Source: an archaeon
GTDB lineage: Archaea > Micrarchaeota > Micrarchaeia > Norongarragalinales > UBA97
DNA length: 64,000 bases
Assembly: GCA_020057405.1 (NCBI GenBank)
Contig: JAGVFW010000014.1
Coordinates: forward strand, 46,852 to 110,851
Reading direction: 5' to 3'
Made by a program: the position numbers and the translations under genes. The notes under the pieces were generated by a model. It worked only from the letters and a program-made list of their open reading frames with translations. It searched no databases and was not told the origin of the DNA. Shown here piece after piece: positions 27,389-36,738 of the stretch. Position 1 is the stretch's first letter. Each line of letters begins with the position of its first letter.

Positions 27389-27429
27389 AAACCTTACACA
27401 TATAAGGAAAACCTAACATATAAGGTTTT
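27389..27429. promoter_or_regulatory. Putative autoregulatory operator of the MNT-HEPN operon
   Basis: Direct repeat ACATATAAGG x2 and inverted repeat AAAACCT/AGGTTTT just upstream of the start codon. Confidence 0.5.
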
Positions 27430-27656
27430 GGACGAGACGGGGAAATATCCAAGCTCGCCGACCTAGGATGGAAGGCCCGGCAAGGCACTCAAACTGCGTT
27501 TAAAAACTACAAAAGTAACTTAGTTCTAGAACAAACCGAATTCATTGAGAATAACGCAATTATCCAATAATATATCAATAAAGACAATACCTATATATAT
27601 TATTAACAACAATGACATAATATAGGGTGTAGTGGATTGAACTGGTGGCGGATTAA

Positions 27657-28643
27657 TTGACTAACGGCTTGACTAGACTCGAGATTGAAGCGTTCAGTAA
27701 AGCTAGTTCTAGTGGCGAGGTTTCGGCTTCAAAACTTGCTGAAAGTTTGAATATTTCGCCTAGTTCTGCTTCGCGAATTATCTCTTCTTTAGTGACTAAG
27801 GGTTTTGTCACCACAAATAGAAACGGAATAAGCAAGCAGATCACTGCAACTTTTTTTCCAGCTGCCCTTAAGCTGAAGGAACTAATTGAGGCTAACCCGC
27901 ACGTAGAATTTGAATCACTCTTAGACGGAGCTACCCTCCAAGCTCTTTCAGGCTTTATCCCGGGACCCGCAAGCGTTCACTCTGCAAGTATATCCAGCTT
28001 CACTCCAGAAGTAACCGAAAGGAGGGTAGTCTCGATGTTAGTTGAGCGGGCCGTGCTGCAAAAGACGGGGCACGGCAAGTACGAAATTAGGCTACCGAGG
28101 CTCAAGGAATTCGTCGAGGCCTGGCTGCTCCAAGAAATTGAACTAAACAGACGCAGGGAAGTGCCCGGATCACTCATCGTAAGCGGTCCGCACGGATTGC
28201 TTAGAAGCACCAAGCAGGATGTTCCGACCTACATGGTTCGTACTGGACTAAGCGTTTTCCACGAGTATGGAGTAAGCCTGAACTTCGATTTCGAAGACTA
28301 CTACTTCAACGCGTTTCTAAACACTCAAATCAATCTAGGAATGGAAGAACACTTGATTCACAGCTTGCTCCGCTCTACGCTGCTATCTAGTGGAAGGGAA
28401 GTATCTTACGCTCTACTGGTCATGTTCAAAAATTGGGCGAAATTGGATGCAGAAAAGTTTCTCGAGTACGGCCAGATGCTCGGAGTAAGCAGTGCGTCGG
28501 AACGATCTCTTGAATTCATTAAAGTGTTTAATGAGGGCGGGCCGACTATGCCTCTAGCCTATGGCAGATTGGTCGAAGGGCCTGTTTTCCCTTCAAGAGA
28601 AGAATTTCTGGAGTTAGTGAAACAATATGAACCAAGAGCGTAA
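27657..28643 (+). CDS. Winged-HTH protein, probable antitoxin-like partner of the downstream NTase
   Basis: N-terminal HTH (SKLAESLNISPSSASRIISSLVTKG); overlaps the next gene. Confidence 0.7.
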   Translation: MTNGLTRLEIEAFSKASSSGEVSASKLAESLNISPSSASRIISSLVTKGFVTTNRNGISKQITATFFPAALKLKELIEANPHVEFESLLDGATLQALSGFIPGPASVHSASISSFTPEVTERRVVSMLVERAVLQKTGHGKYEIRLPRLKEFVEAWLLQEIELNRRREVPGSLIVSGPHGLLRSTKQDVPTYMVRTGLSVFHEYGVSLNFDFEDYYFNAFLNTQINLGMEEHLIHSLLRSTLLSSGREVSYALLVMFKNWAKLDAEKFLEYGQMLGVSSASERSLEFIKVFNEGGPTMPLAYGRLVEGPVFPSREEFLELVKQYEPRA

Positions 28644-29253
28644 GTATTCCAAAGACGACATTGACGAAGTGCTTAAGGGGGTTGGAAGCAAGCTAGCGAA
28701 GCCCTTGGATTGCTACTTGATCGGCGGCTGCGCTATGACGTTCTACAGTTTGAAACCAGTTACAAAAGATGCTGACGTTTTATTTGAAGACGACTTGGCC
28801 GAACACAACTTCTTAACGGCTCTAAAAAAGATTGGCTTTGAAGACTTGTTTCCAGGTGCAGAAGAATTTAACGTCAAAGCCAAGGACATCCTAATTGGCC
28901 CGAATGGCTTAACTTTTGACTTGTTCTCTAAAACCGTAATGGGCGGCCTAACGCTAAATGCAAGCATGCGCAAACGGGCCGGGAAAGTCGGAGTTTATGG
29001 CAAGCTCGCAGTTTACTTGGCTGCTAAGGAAGACATCTACTTGTTCAAGGCAATAACCAACCGAAAACCGCCACGAGACTATGAAGATCTAGTAACTCTT
29101 CAACAGTCCGGTCTTGACTGGAAAACCGTGACAAAAGAGTACGAAACACAAATCAAAGATAGGGACGAACTTAGGGAACGCCTGAAAACCAAGCTCGACT
29201 ACCTGGCAAGCAAGGGCATAATGAGCCCGCTCCGTAGGGCACTAAAAACTTAG
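28627..29253 (+). CDS. Nucleotidyltransferase (DUF6036/AbiEii-like)
   Basis: LIGGCAM...TKDAD...DIYLFKA...RDYED. Confidence 0.78.
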   Translation: MNQERKYSKDDIDEVLKGVGSKLAKPLDCYLIGGCAMTFYSLKPVTKDADVLFEDDLAEHNFLTALKKIGFEDLFPGAEEFNVKAKDILIGPNGLTFDLFSKTVMGGLTLNASMRKRAGKVGVYGKLAVYLAAKEDIYLFKAITNRKPPRDYEDLVTLQQSGLDWKTVTKEYETQIKDRDELRERLKTKLDYLASKGIMSPLRRALKT

Positions 29254-30206
29254 CCAATCTCCTTCTTCATCTCAAGCAGCGCTTCCAATCTCTTTGCCGT
29301 CAGGGGATGCGTCATGAAGGCCTCAAAAATTCCTGCCTTCTTCTCTTTCTCGATTGCCTCAACCAACTTGGCGTCGTTCTTCGTCGCTATTGCAGCGGCA
29401 ATCTCCTTTATCGAATTCGTCTCGCTTCCTGCGGGGTCGGCGAAGTAGAAGCTCTTGAGGCTGGCGTCGCGTTCGCGCTTGTCGGAGACACCAGCATACG
29501 AAATCTTGGCCAAAGCACTCATGAGGGATTGGGGTTTTCTTGTGGCGTAGGCGGCGTAGGCGTCGGCGTGGTACTCTCGTTGTCTTGAGAGCCACATTAC
29601 TAGGAGGGTGCCGAAGAGGCGGGCGATTATCGCACCAACGAAGACGGCGATGAAGCCTGCGGCGCCTTGGTTGCGGGAGTCGCGGCCGGAGAACATTAGC
29701 ACTAGGTAATAGAGGATGACGGGCAGGGCGCTTGCGATTGTCATGATGAAGACGTCGTTGTGCTTGATGTGCGCCATTTCGTGGGCTAGTACAGCTTCCA
29801 CTTCGTCCTTGTCAAGCATTTTTAGCAAGCCGTCGTGAACTGCTATGCCGGCGTCGGACTGCGTGCGGCCAAAAGCAAAAGCATTGGGGGCAGGATCGTC
29901 AACGAAGTAGAGTTTAGGAGTCGGCACGCCGGCGTCTTTAGCCAGCTTGGCGATGACAGCGTGCAGGCCAGGCGCTTGCTTTTCGGAAAGCTCCTTCGCA
30001 CCGGAGACTCGGCGGATGAGCCAGGGGGACACCCACCACTGGATGCCAATGAAGAGGAGGGAAATGAAGAGCCAGCCAAGGATGCCCACTTGGGCGCCAG
30101 AATACCACAAGACAAGCGCCAGGATGGCGGCGATGACGCCGAAGACTAGAGCCGAAGTAAGCCAAATCGTCAAGTTAAGCTTTGAAAGACCTTGAGCAGT
30201 TACCAT
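29250..30206 (-). CDS. htpX: Zinc metalloprotease HtpX (M48)
   Basis: PNAFAFG, HEMAH, SRQREYHAD and THP motifs. Confidence 0.92.
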   Translation of the reverse strand: MVTAQGLSKLNLTIWLTSALVFGVIAAILALVLWYSGAQVGILGWLFISLLFIGIQWWVSPWLIRRVSGAKELSEKQAPGLHAVIAKLAKDAGVPTPKLYFVDDPAPNAFAFGRTQSDAGIAVHDGLLKMLDKDEVEAVLAHEMAHIKHNDVFIMTIASALPVILYYLVLMFSGRDSRNQGAAGFIAVFVGAIIARLFGTLLVMWLSRQREYHADAYAAYATRKPQSLMSALAKISYAGVSDKRERDASLKSFYFADPAGSETNSIKEIAAAIATKNDAKLVEAIEKEKKAGIFEAFMTHPLTAKRLEALLEMKKEIG

Positions 30207-30360
30207 GCAAATCCCACCGCTAGGGAATAGGAAGAGAGGAAATAAAAGATAATGACAAAAGCGGCCGGAAGGAGGGTATGGCCGGCAAGGCGGTTGGGAA
30301 AGGAACGACCTGTACGGAACCTAAATAGTTTCTAGGCAAACCCGAAAGCCTTAATAAGAT

Positions 30361-30378
30361 AATCTTACTAGTAAGATT
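30361..30378. promoter_or_regulatory. 18-bp perfect palindrome, likely operator of the AbrB-PIN operon
   Basis: AATCTTACTAGTAAGATT lies between a TTAATAA box and the AbrB start. Confidence 0.65.
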
Positions 30379-30390
30379 TAGGTGATTTGG

Positions 30391-30663
30391 ATGGTTTCAA
30401 CGGTTGGCGCCGAGATTACTAGAATGTCGTCAAAGGGGCAGGTGGTGATACCTGAAGACATCAGGACCGCACTGGGTCTAGTAGCGGGATCGGTTTTTGC
30501 GGTCTACGGGCGAAAGGATGCCGACACCATCTTGCTAAAACGGATCGAACTTCAAGAGCCCGCCAAGGCATTTGAGGAAATGGCTAATTGGGGACGAAAG
30601 CACGCGAAGCAAAAGGGTCTTGACGTTTCAATCAAGAAAATTCTGGAGAGTCAACATAAATGA
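30391..30663 (+). CDS. AbrB/MazE-type antitoxin
   Basis: MSSKGQVVIPEDIRTALGL. Confidence 0.88.
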   Translation: MVSTVGAEITRMSSKGQVVIPEDIRTALGLVAGSVFAVYGRKDADTILLKRIELQEPAKAFEEMANWGRKHAKQKGLDVSIKKILESQHK

Positions 30664-30673
30664 AGTGAGGCTT

Positions 30674-31093
30674 ATGGTGAGAGTCGTTTTTGACCTGAAT
30701 GTACTAATTTCTGCCGCGCTCTCACCAAAAGGCGCTTCTTACGGAGTAGTTCAGCTTGCGGCTACCCGCAGGATTGATGGCTATATCTCAATTGCACTAG
30801 TTGAACGCCTCAAACTAGTTGTTCAAAGAGACTTTGGCTTAACGTCAGAGAAGGCGGAAGAGATGGTCGGCGTTTATCTGCAAGTCCTTAAGCTCGTTGA
30901 GCCGGACGTGAAGATAGATGAGCTGGAAGATCAGGAGGACAACCGAGTACTAGAGTGCGCAGTCCACTCTAAAGCTGACTATTTGGTCTCTTGGGACCCG
31001 CATTTAACAAAACTAAACGAGTTTAGGGGAATATCCGCATTCAACCCCGGAAAAATAATTGAAGTATTACGAGAGGTGCATTCAATTGAATGA
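30674..31093 (+). CDS. PIN-domain (VapC-like) toxin
   Basis: RVVFDLNVLISA...DNRVLECA...ADYLVSWDPHL. Confidence 0.88.
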   Translation: MVRVVFDLNVLISAALSPKGASYGVVQLAATRRIDGYISIALVERLKLVVQRDFGLTSEKAEEMVGVYLQVLKLVEPDVKIDELEDQEDNRVLECAVHSKADYLVSWDPHLTKLNEFRGISAFNPGKIIEVLREVHSIE

Positions 31094-31274
31094 CAAACTG
31101 CCCAAACAACACAAAAAAGAGAACCGGCCACCAAAAGAAAACAAGTGTAAAATTTGCCCACAGCCTCTTGACGACCACTGCGAAGGCTGCTGCGAGGAGG
31201 TCAAGGCAGGCGTCCACAAGGGAAAGTTCTGCGGCAAGAAAGGAAACGAAGTAAGCAAAGACGTATTCCGCTAA
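31086..31274 (+). CDS. Possible small Cys-rich protein
   Basis: CKIC...HCEGCC...C; TTG start inferred, with GAGGTG upstream. Confidence 0.4.
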   Translation: MNDKLPKQHKKENRPPKENKCKICPQPLDDHCEGCCEEVKAGVHKGKFCGKKGNEVSKDVFR

Positions 31275-31346
31275 ATCGCTCGGCCGGCAGGCCCGGCAAG
31301 CCACTGGCTTTTTGCTTAAATAGGTGACAAAAGCCTCACTCTGCTT

Positions 31347-31430
31347 ATGCTCACCTACATCGACAAGAAAGGATTCAAGCGCCGCGCGCCGGAACTCCAG
31401 AGACTCACTGGCGTTCAGGCACGGGCTTGA
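31347..31430 (+). pseudogene. Truncated paralog of the HNH gene at 25473
   Basis: MLTYIDKKGFKR resembles MAKVFVDRNGYKR and has the same upstream motif and TATA arrangement; the frame ends after 27 aa. Confidence 0.4.
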
Positions 31431-32217
31431 GCCGCTCACGGATTTCCCTACGCATTTGGGGGGTTACGTGCGCGAGCAACCGCGCTTGGGAGAAGCGCAG
31501 GCCCGCCATCATGCGATTGCGCAGCATGCTGAAGTTAGTGTCCGGCCGCATGGAAAGGTAGTCGAGCACGTCTTGCAGGGCCTTGTAGGCGCGCACGTGG
31601 CCGTCGGCGTCGGTCTGCCAAAGGGAAATGTGAACTTGGTCGGCCTTAAGCGGCCTGTCGGGCTGGCTATGAAGCAAGAGGATGGGCTTGCGCGTCTTGA
31701 CGGGCTTGCCGGAATCGCGGTTGTAGACGTGAATCATGCCCTCGTCGGTCGTCTCGTGGTGCAGGATGTCGACAATCGAGTTGTTGGTGATAAACTGCGT
31801 CTCGTTAGTCAGGTTGTCGGACTGGTCGATGTGAAACACGCCCATCTTCAGCCGCTTGCGCGCCATTTCGGCCATGGAAAGCGCGAAAAACGCCCGCCGG
31901 TGCGCCTTGACTTGCGCCAGTTGGGGAAAGCGGCCGATGATGATCCTGCCGCTAATAAGCTCGTACTTGCCGAAGTTCGTCGTCCGCTCGACAAAACGGC
32001 CTTCGGCCGCGTCCCACGAAAGCTCGTAGACTGGCTTTCGGTCGCGGGGAATTTCCAGCTTGAAACCCACCGGCCTTGAGGCGGACTCGGACTCAAGTAC
32101 GCTCAACGTGACTTTTCCAGGCCCTTCCTTTGCCCGGCCGGGTACTTCAAAAACGTACTTCCTTACTTTGGGCCCGCGGCTTGACTGCTTCAAGAAAAAC
32201 AACTCCCAGCAAGACAA
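31405..32217 (-). CDS. Hypothetical protein
   Basis: Long ORF with protein-like composition; start uncertain; no motif. Confidence 0.6.
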   Translation of the reverse strand: MSCWELFFLKQSSRGPKVRKYVFEVPGRAKEGPGKVTLSVLESESASRPVGFKLEIPRDRKPVYELSWDAAEGRFVERTTNFGKYELISGRIIIGRFPQLAQVKAHRRAFFALSMAEMARKRLKMGVFHIDQSDNLTNETQFITNNSIVDILHHETTDEGMIHVYNRDSGKPVKTRKPILLLHSQPDRPLKADQVHISLWQTDADGHVRAYKALQDVLDYLSMRPDTNFSMLRNRMMAGLRFSQARLLAHVTPQMRREIRERLKPVPERQ

Positions 32218-32335
32218 GCGCCCGACGGCTTAAAAACGGCGCTGGCGGGGCTTGGCGGCCCCAAAAAAACGCTTAAAAGCCACCCCTTGCGTAATTAGTT
32301 AGTCGAATTCAAAGTAGTTTTTGAGGTGCATCTGA

Positions 32336-32767
32336 ATGAGGAATCTCTTGCTTGGACTTTTCGCGGTTTTCCTGCTCGCAGGCTGCCTGGGTGACGGTGC
32401 GCAAGCCACGCCCACGCCCGTTGCAACTGTTGAGCCTACCCCGGTCCCTACTGTCGAGATTACGCCTCCGCCGGCCCCGACTGAAGCGCCAAGCGTTGAG
32501 CCCACGCCAGTTTATGAGGAGACCGACAAAGTCACTATAATCTATGGCGGATTTAGCCCGCAGTTCATCAAGGTTGCCGCTGGCACGAAAGTCACTTGGG
32601 AGAACCAGGAGTCTGCTCTGCACAGCGTCGACGCGGTTGACGGCTCGTTCACTTCAGGCTATATCGCCGGACGCCAGTCGTGGAGCTACACGTTTGACAC
32701 TGCAGGCACTTTTGAGTACACTGACGAGACTGCTGGTGGCAAGACCGGCACCGTAGTGGTGCAGTAA
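32336..32767 (+). CDS. Cupredoxin-fold lipoprotein
   Basis: Lipobox LAGC, PT linker, then FSPQFIKVAAGTKVTWEN...HSV...YTFDTAGTFEY. Confidence 0.8.
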   Translation: MRNLLLGLFAVFLLAGCLGDGAQATPTPVATVEPTPVPTVEITPPPAPTEAPSVEPTPVYEETDKVTIIYGGFSPQFIKVAAGTKVTWENQESALHSVDAVDGSFTSGYIAGRQSWSYTFDTAGTFEYTDETAGGKTGTVVVQ

Positions 32768-33253
32768 ATGAAGTCACTTGCCCTCGTGCTCTTGGCCGCA
32801 GTCCTCCTCATGGGCTGCACGCAACCCGCGGCAACCCCGACGCCAGTCCCAACCGCAATTGCAACTCCAGTGCCGACGGTAATTGCAACGCCGGTTCCGA
32901 CTGTCGAGGCGACTGCGACGCCAACTCCGGCTCCGGAGTTTAAGGAATCTACCCTCAAGGACTTTACCACCGAGTGCAGCGGCAAGTACGCGCTTAGTGG
33001 CTTCATCAAGAAGGACGAAGTGCGGGAAGGCGGCAACATAAACCAGGGCGGCAACTTGACGAAAATGTGGATTGCTTACGATGGCGCAGGCGCTTTTGTA
33101 CCCCTCGCGGGCTACCCGCCGACAGTCAAGCCCAAGACCATTGACGCCAGCTCGAGTGTCGAGTACAACTACTACGGCGTAGCAGATCCCCACCCGACTT
33201 CAGAGTTCAAGTGCTGGCTTAGAATCGAGAAAATGGCCGACTCGACGGGCTAA
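32768..33253 (+). CDS. Lipoprotein with a Pro/Thr linker
   Basis: Lipobox LMGC and ATPVPT repeats. Confidence 0.75.
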   Translation: MKSLALVLLAAVLLMGCTQPAATPTPVPTAIATPVPTVIATPVPTVEATATPTPAPEFKESTLKDFTTECSGKYALSGFIKKDEVREGGNINQGGNLTKMWIAYDGAGAFVPLAGYPPTVKPKTIDASSSVEYNYYGVADPHPTSEFKCWLRIEKMADSTG

Positions 33254-33290
33254 CGCAACGGCTTTTAACTCTTCACGCCCTACTAATGCA

Positions 33291-33464
33291 TTATGGTGGG
33301 TCGGAAACTAGTTTTCCACCAATTCGGCGCTCGACGCGCCTTTAGCAGCAGTCTTTTTGGCAATTTGAACCCCTAGCGAGCCGCTTGGGGCAATTAGAGG
33401 GAGCAGATGACGGCAAACGCGGAAAAAAGCGATTGGCGCCTGCTTCATGCGAGTTGAACTGCAC
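33291..33464 (+). promoter_or_regulatory. Structured 5' leader of the pur operon (candidate cis-regulatory RNA)
   Basis: TTTTAA box near 33263; hairpins at 33295-33320, 33326-33340 and 33370-33390; uORF at 33407-33457. Confidence 0.35.
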
Positions 33465-34817
33465 ATGTCCAGCCACCCGATTGACTACCGTTACGGAAGC
33501 AAGGAAATGCGGGCCGTTTGGGACGAGGAGCAGCGGCTTGACTACTATTTGAAGGTCGAGGCGGCCCTCGCCAGGGCCCTTGCCAAACTGGGCAAAATCC
33601 CGGCCCCCGCGGCAAAAGAGATTACTGGGAAGGCGGACTCCAAGCACGTCAAGCTCGCCCGCGTGCGCGCGATTGAGGCCGAGACCAAGCACGACGTCAT
33701 GGCCATGGTCAAGGCGCTCACGGAACAGTGCGGCGAGGCGGGCAAGTACGTCCACCTGACTGCAACTAGCTACGACATTGTCGACACGGCGCAAGCCATC
33801 CAACTCAAGGAAGGCCTCGGGATTCTAGTCAAAAAAGGCAAGAAACTGCTTGGCACGCTAGTCCACCAGGCGGAAAAGCACGCCGGCACGACGATGGTCG
33901 GCCGGACGCACGGCCAGCACGCCCTGCCAATAACTCTTGGCTTCAAGCTCGCCAACTACGCCGAAAAGCTGGGCAGTGGCATCCGCAACCTCGAGTGGGA
34001 CCGGGAAAACCTCGTTCAGGCCAAATTCTCTGGTGCAGTCGGCACTTACAGCGCGCAAACGCTTTACGAAATGAAGGGCACGTCTCTCGAGCAAGCCGTG
34101 ATGAAGGAGCTCGGCTTGACCCCAGCGCCAATCAGCACGCAAGTCGTGGCGCGCGAGAACATCGCCCGCATTGTCGCCGACATGGCGGTTGTCGCAGGCA
34201 GCCTCGAGCAGATGGCAAAGGAAGTGAGGAACTTGCAGCGCACCGAGATTGGCGAACTGGGCGAGCCTTTTGGCAAGAGCCAAGTCGGGTCAAGCACGAT
34301 GGCGCAAAAGAAGAACCCCGTTGACTGCGAGAACGTGTGCGCCAACGCGCGCGTCGTGCGCAGCTGCGTGGCGGTTGCACTAGAAAACATTGCACTCGAG
34401 CACGAGCGGGACTTGACTAACAGCGCAAGCGAGCGGAGCATGCTGCCAACCGCGTTCATTCTTTTAGACGACATGCTGGATAGGATGGAAGGGGTGATGG
34501 CCGGGCTTGTTGTCAATGAGGAGCAAATGCGCTACAATTTGGGCCTCACCCGCGGGGCAATCATGGCGGAAGCGCTCATCACGCACCTCGTCAAGAAGGG
34601 CATCGGCAGGCAGGACGCCCACGAGCTCATGCGCATTGCCTCGCAAAAGGCCATCCGCGAGGGCCGGGACTTGAAGGAAGTGATTTTGGAGGACAAAATC
34701 GCGATGAATACGTTTTCTGAACAAGAGTTGGCTGAGCTTCTTGATTACTCCAACTACACGGGCCAGGCAATCGAGAAGACGAAGGAAATCATCAACAAGT
34801 GGGGAAAGTGGGCATGA
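33465..34817 (+). CDS. purB: Adenylosuccinate lyase
   Basis: PIDYRYGS, HDV, GRTHGQHA and GSSTMAQKKNP motifs. Confidence 0.96.
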   Translation: MSSHPIDYRYGSKEMRAVWDEEQRLDYYLKVEAALARALAKLGKIPAPAAKEITGKADSKHVKLARVRAIEAETKHDVMAMVKALTEQCGEAGKYVHLTATSYDIVDTAQAIQLKEGLGILVKKGKKLLGTLVHQAEKHAGTTMVGRTHGQHALPITLGFKLANYAEKLGSGIRNLEWDRENLVQAKFSGAVGTYSAQTLYEMKGTSLEQAVMKELGLTPAPISTQVVARENIARIVADMAVVAGSLEQMAKEVRNLQRTEIGELGEPFGKSQVGSSTMAQKKNPVDCENVCANARVVRSCVAVALENIALEHERDLTNSASERSMLPTAFILLDDMLDRMEGVMAGLVVNEEQMRYNLGLTRGAIMAEALITHLVKKGIGRQDAHELMRIASQKAIREGRDLKEVILEDKIAMNTFSEQELAELLDYSNYTGQAIEKTKEIINKWGKWA

Positions 34818-35839
34818 AAGGACTTGACTACGAGAGTGCCGGCATCAGGGGCCTTGGGAAAGACAAGAGCCGCAAGAACTTTGAACTCCTTGAAGCCAGC
34901 CACAAGTTTGCAAAAGGCCCGCTTCTGCAACTGCCTTTCAACACGCTTTACCCCGTCGGGGGCAGCCTATACCACACCAAGTGCAGCGACGGCGTTGGCA
35001 CTAAAGTGCTCTTGGCCGAACTGGCTGGCAAGCACGACACCATCGGCATCGACGCGGTCGCCATGGTCGCAAACGACTGCATCCGCTGCGGGGCAACGCC
35101 GCTTGCGCTAACTAACACCATTGACGCGACCGACCCGAGCGAGAGCCTCGTAAGCGAGCTGATGACGGGACTTCTGGAGGGCGCGATGCAGGCGCAAGTT
35201 CCCATGGTTGCCGGAGAGACCGCCAGCCTGCCCGACATTTTCAAGGCAGGCTACATCGTCAACTGCGACATTGTTGGCGAGGTGGCGGCAAACGACGTGA
35301 TTGACGGCAAGTCGGTTGCAAAAGGCGATTGCATCATTGGCCTGCGCTCAAGCGGGCTGCACTCTAACGGAATCACGCTTGCACGAAAGGCGTTGTTCAA
35401 GAAGTGGGGCGGAAAATACGATGCAATGACTAAGCCACCGGGCATGGAGCGCGAACTTGTGCTAGAGTGCCTCGAGCCGACCAAAATCTACGTCAAGGAA
35501 TTCGCTGCCTTGCGAAAGAAAGTCAGGGTCAAGGCCGCAGTGCACATCACCGGCGACGCTTACGCGAAATTCAGCCACTTGGGGGCGCCCCTTGGTTTTG
35601 AGTTTGACCACTTCGAGCCCCAGGAGATTTTCTTCACCATCCAAAAGGCAGGCAACGTAAGCAGCCAGGAGATGTTCAAGCGGTTCAACATGGGCTGGGG
35701 TTTTGCGGTAATCGTCGCCGAGGCGGATGTCGGGGGGGCGCTAAAGGCGCTTGGGAAAGACGCGGCGCAAATCGGCCGCGTGACAGACTCCCGAAAGGTC
35801 ATAATTAACTACAAGAAAAAAGAATTGAGGATAAGGTAA
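34814..35839 (+). CDS. purM: AIR synthetase
   Basis: DGVGTK, IGIDAVAM, GETA, SSGLHSNG, HITG and FNMG motifs. Confidence 0.95.
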   Translation: MKGLDYESAGIRGLGKDKSRKNFELLEASHKFAKGPLLQLPFNTLYPVGGSLYHTKCSDGVGTKVLLAELAGKHDTIGIDAVAMVANDCIRCGATPLALTNTIDATDPSESLVSELMTGLLEGAMQAQVPMVAGETASLPDIFKAGYIVNCDIVGEVAANDVIDGKSVAKGDCIIGLRSSGLHSNGITLARKALFKKWGGKYDAMTKPPGMERELVLECLEPTKIYVKEFAALRKKVRVKAAVHITGDAYAKFSHLGAPLGFEFDHFEPQEIFFTIQKAGNVSSQEMFKRFNMGWGFAVIVAEADVGGALKALGKDAAQIGRVTDSRKVIINYKKKELRIR

Positions 35840-35846
35840 TCGGGCG

Positions 35847-36734
35847 ATGAAGGGAATTTCAAGAACTGAACTGCCGGGGCTAAGGCTCTTCAAGCGCGGC
35901 AAAGTGCGCGACGTCTACGACTTGGGCGACTCGCTTCTCTTCGTCGCTACCGACAGGGTGAGCGTCTACGACGTCGTGCTCCCGACACCCATTCCCGGCA
36001 AGGGCGCGATTTTGACGCAAATGAGCAACTTCTGGTTCGAGAAGACAAAAAGCATTTGCGAAAACCACTTGCTTGAGACGAAGTGGGAAAAAATGCCGAC
36101 TCAAATAACCGCCTTTCCCGAACTAAAGGGCCGAAGCGCGATTGTGAAGAAGACGGCAGTCTTTCCGGTCGAGTGCGTTGTGAGGGGCTACATCGCGGGG
36201 AGCGGCTGGAGCGATTATAAGAAGACGGGCGAAGTTTGCGGCATCCCGCTTGCGGCCGGGCTAAAGGAAAGCGAAAAGCTCGCCGAACCCATTTTCACCC
36301 CGGCGACGAAAGCCGAGACTGGCCACGACGAGAACATTTCCTTCGAACGCGCGTGCGAGATTGCGGGCAAGCCCGAGATGGAGGCCCTGCGCGAACTAAG
36401 CATCCGCATTTACACTATGGCCGAAGCGCACGCGCGGGAACATGGCGTCATCATTGCAGACACTAAATTCGAATTCGGCATGCTTAACGGGAAAATCACC
36501 CTCATTGACGAAGTGCTGACCCCCGACAGCTCAAGATTCTGGCCCGCTGAAGACTACCACACCGGCGGCGGGCAAAAGAGTTTTGACAAGCAATTCGTGC
36601 GGGACTACGCCGCAAGCACGGGATGGGACAAGACCCCGCCCGGGCCGAACTTGCCTGCGGAAGTTGTCGAGCAGACGCGAGCGAAGTACGAACTAGCATT
36701 TGAGAGAATTACTGGAAGAAAGTTCGAGGAGTAA
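35847..36734 (+). CDS. purC: SAICAR synthetase
   Basis: GKVRDVY, ECVVRGY, ADTKFEFG and DEVLTPDSSRFW motifs. Confidence 0.96.
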   Translation: MKGISRTELPGLRLFKRGKVRDVYDLGDSLLFVATDRVSVYDVVLPTPIPGKGAILTQMSNFWFEKTKSICENHLLETKWEKMPTQITAFPELKGRSAIVKKTAVFPVECVVRGYIAGSGWSDYKKTGEVCGIPLAAGLKESEKLAEPIFTPATKAETGHDENISFERACEIAGKPEMEALRELSIRIYTMAEAHAREHGVIIADTKFEFGMLNGKITLIDEVLTPDSSRFWPAEDYHTGGGQKSFDKQFVRDYAASTGWDKTPPGPNLPAEVVEQTRAKYELAFERITGRKFEE

Positions 36735-36738
36735 AAAG

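Noticed and set aside
31324-32079. 251-aa + strand ORF
   Set aside because: Overlaps the minus-strand 31405-32217 ORF, which has more protein-like composition
33291-33345. Match to guanine or ZTP riboswitch consensus
   Set aside because: Only fragments resemble them (TATGG, GTTTTCCACC, GGTGG/CCACC); the L3 CCGUAAA loop and the ZTP 3' CGCCUGGG element are absent
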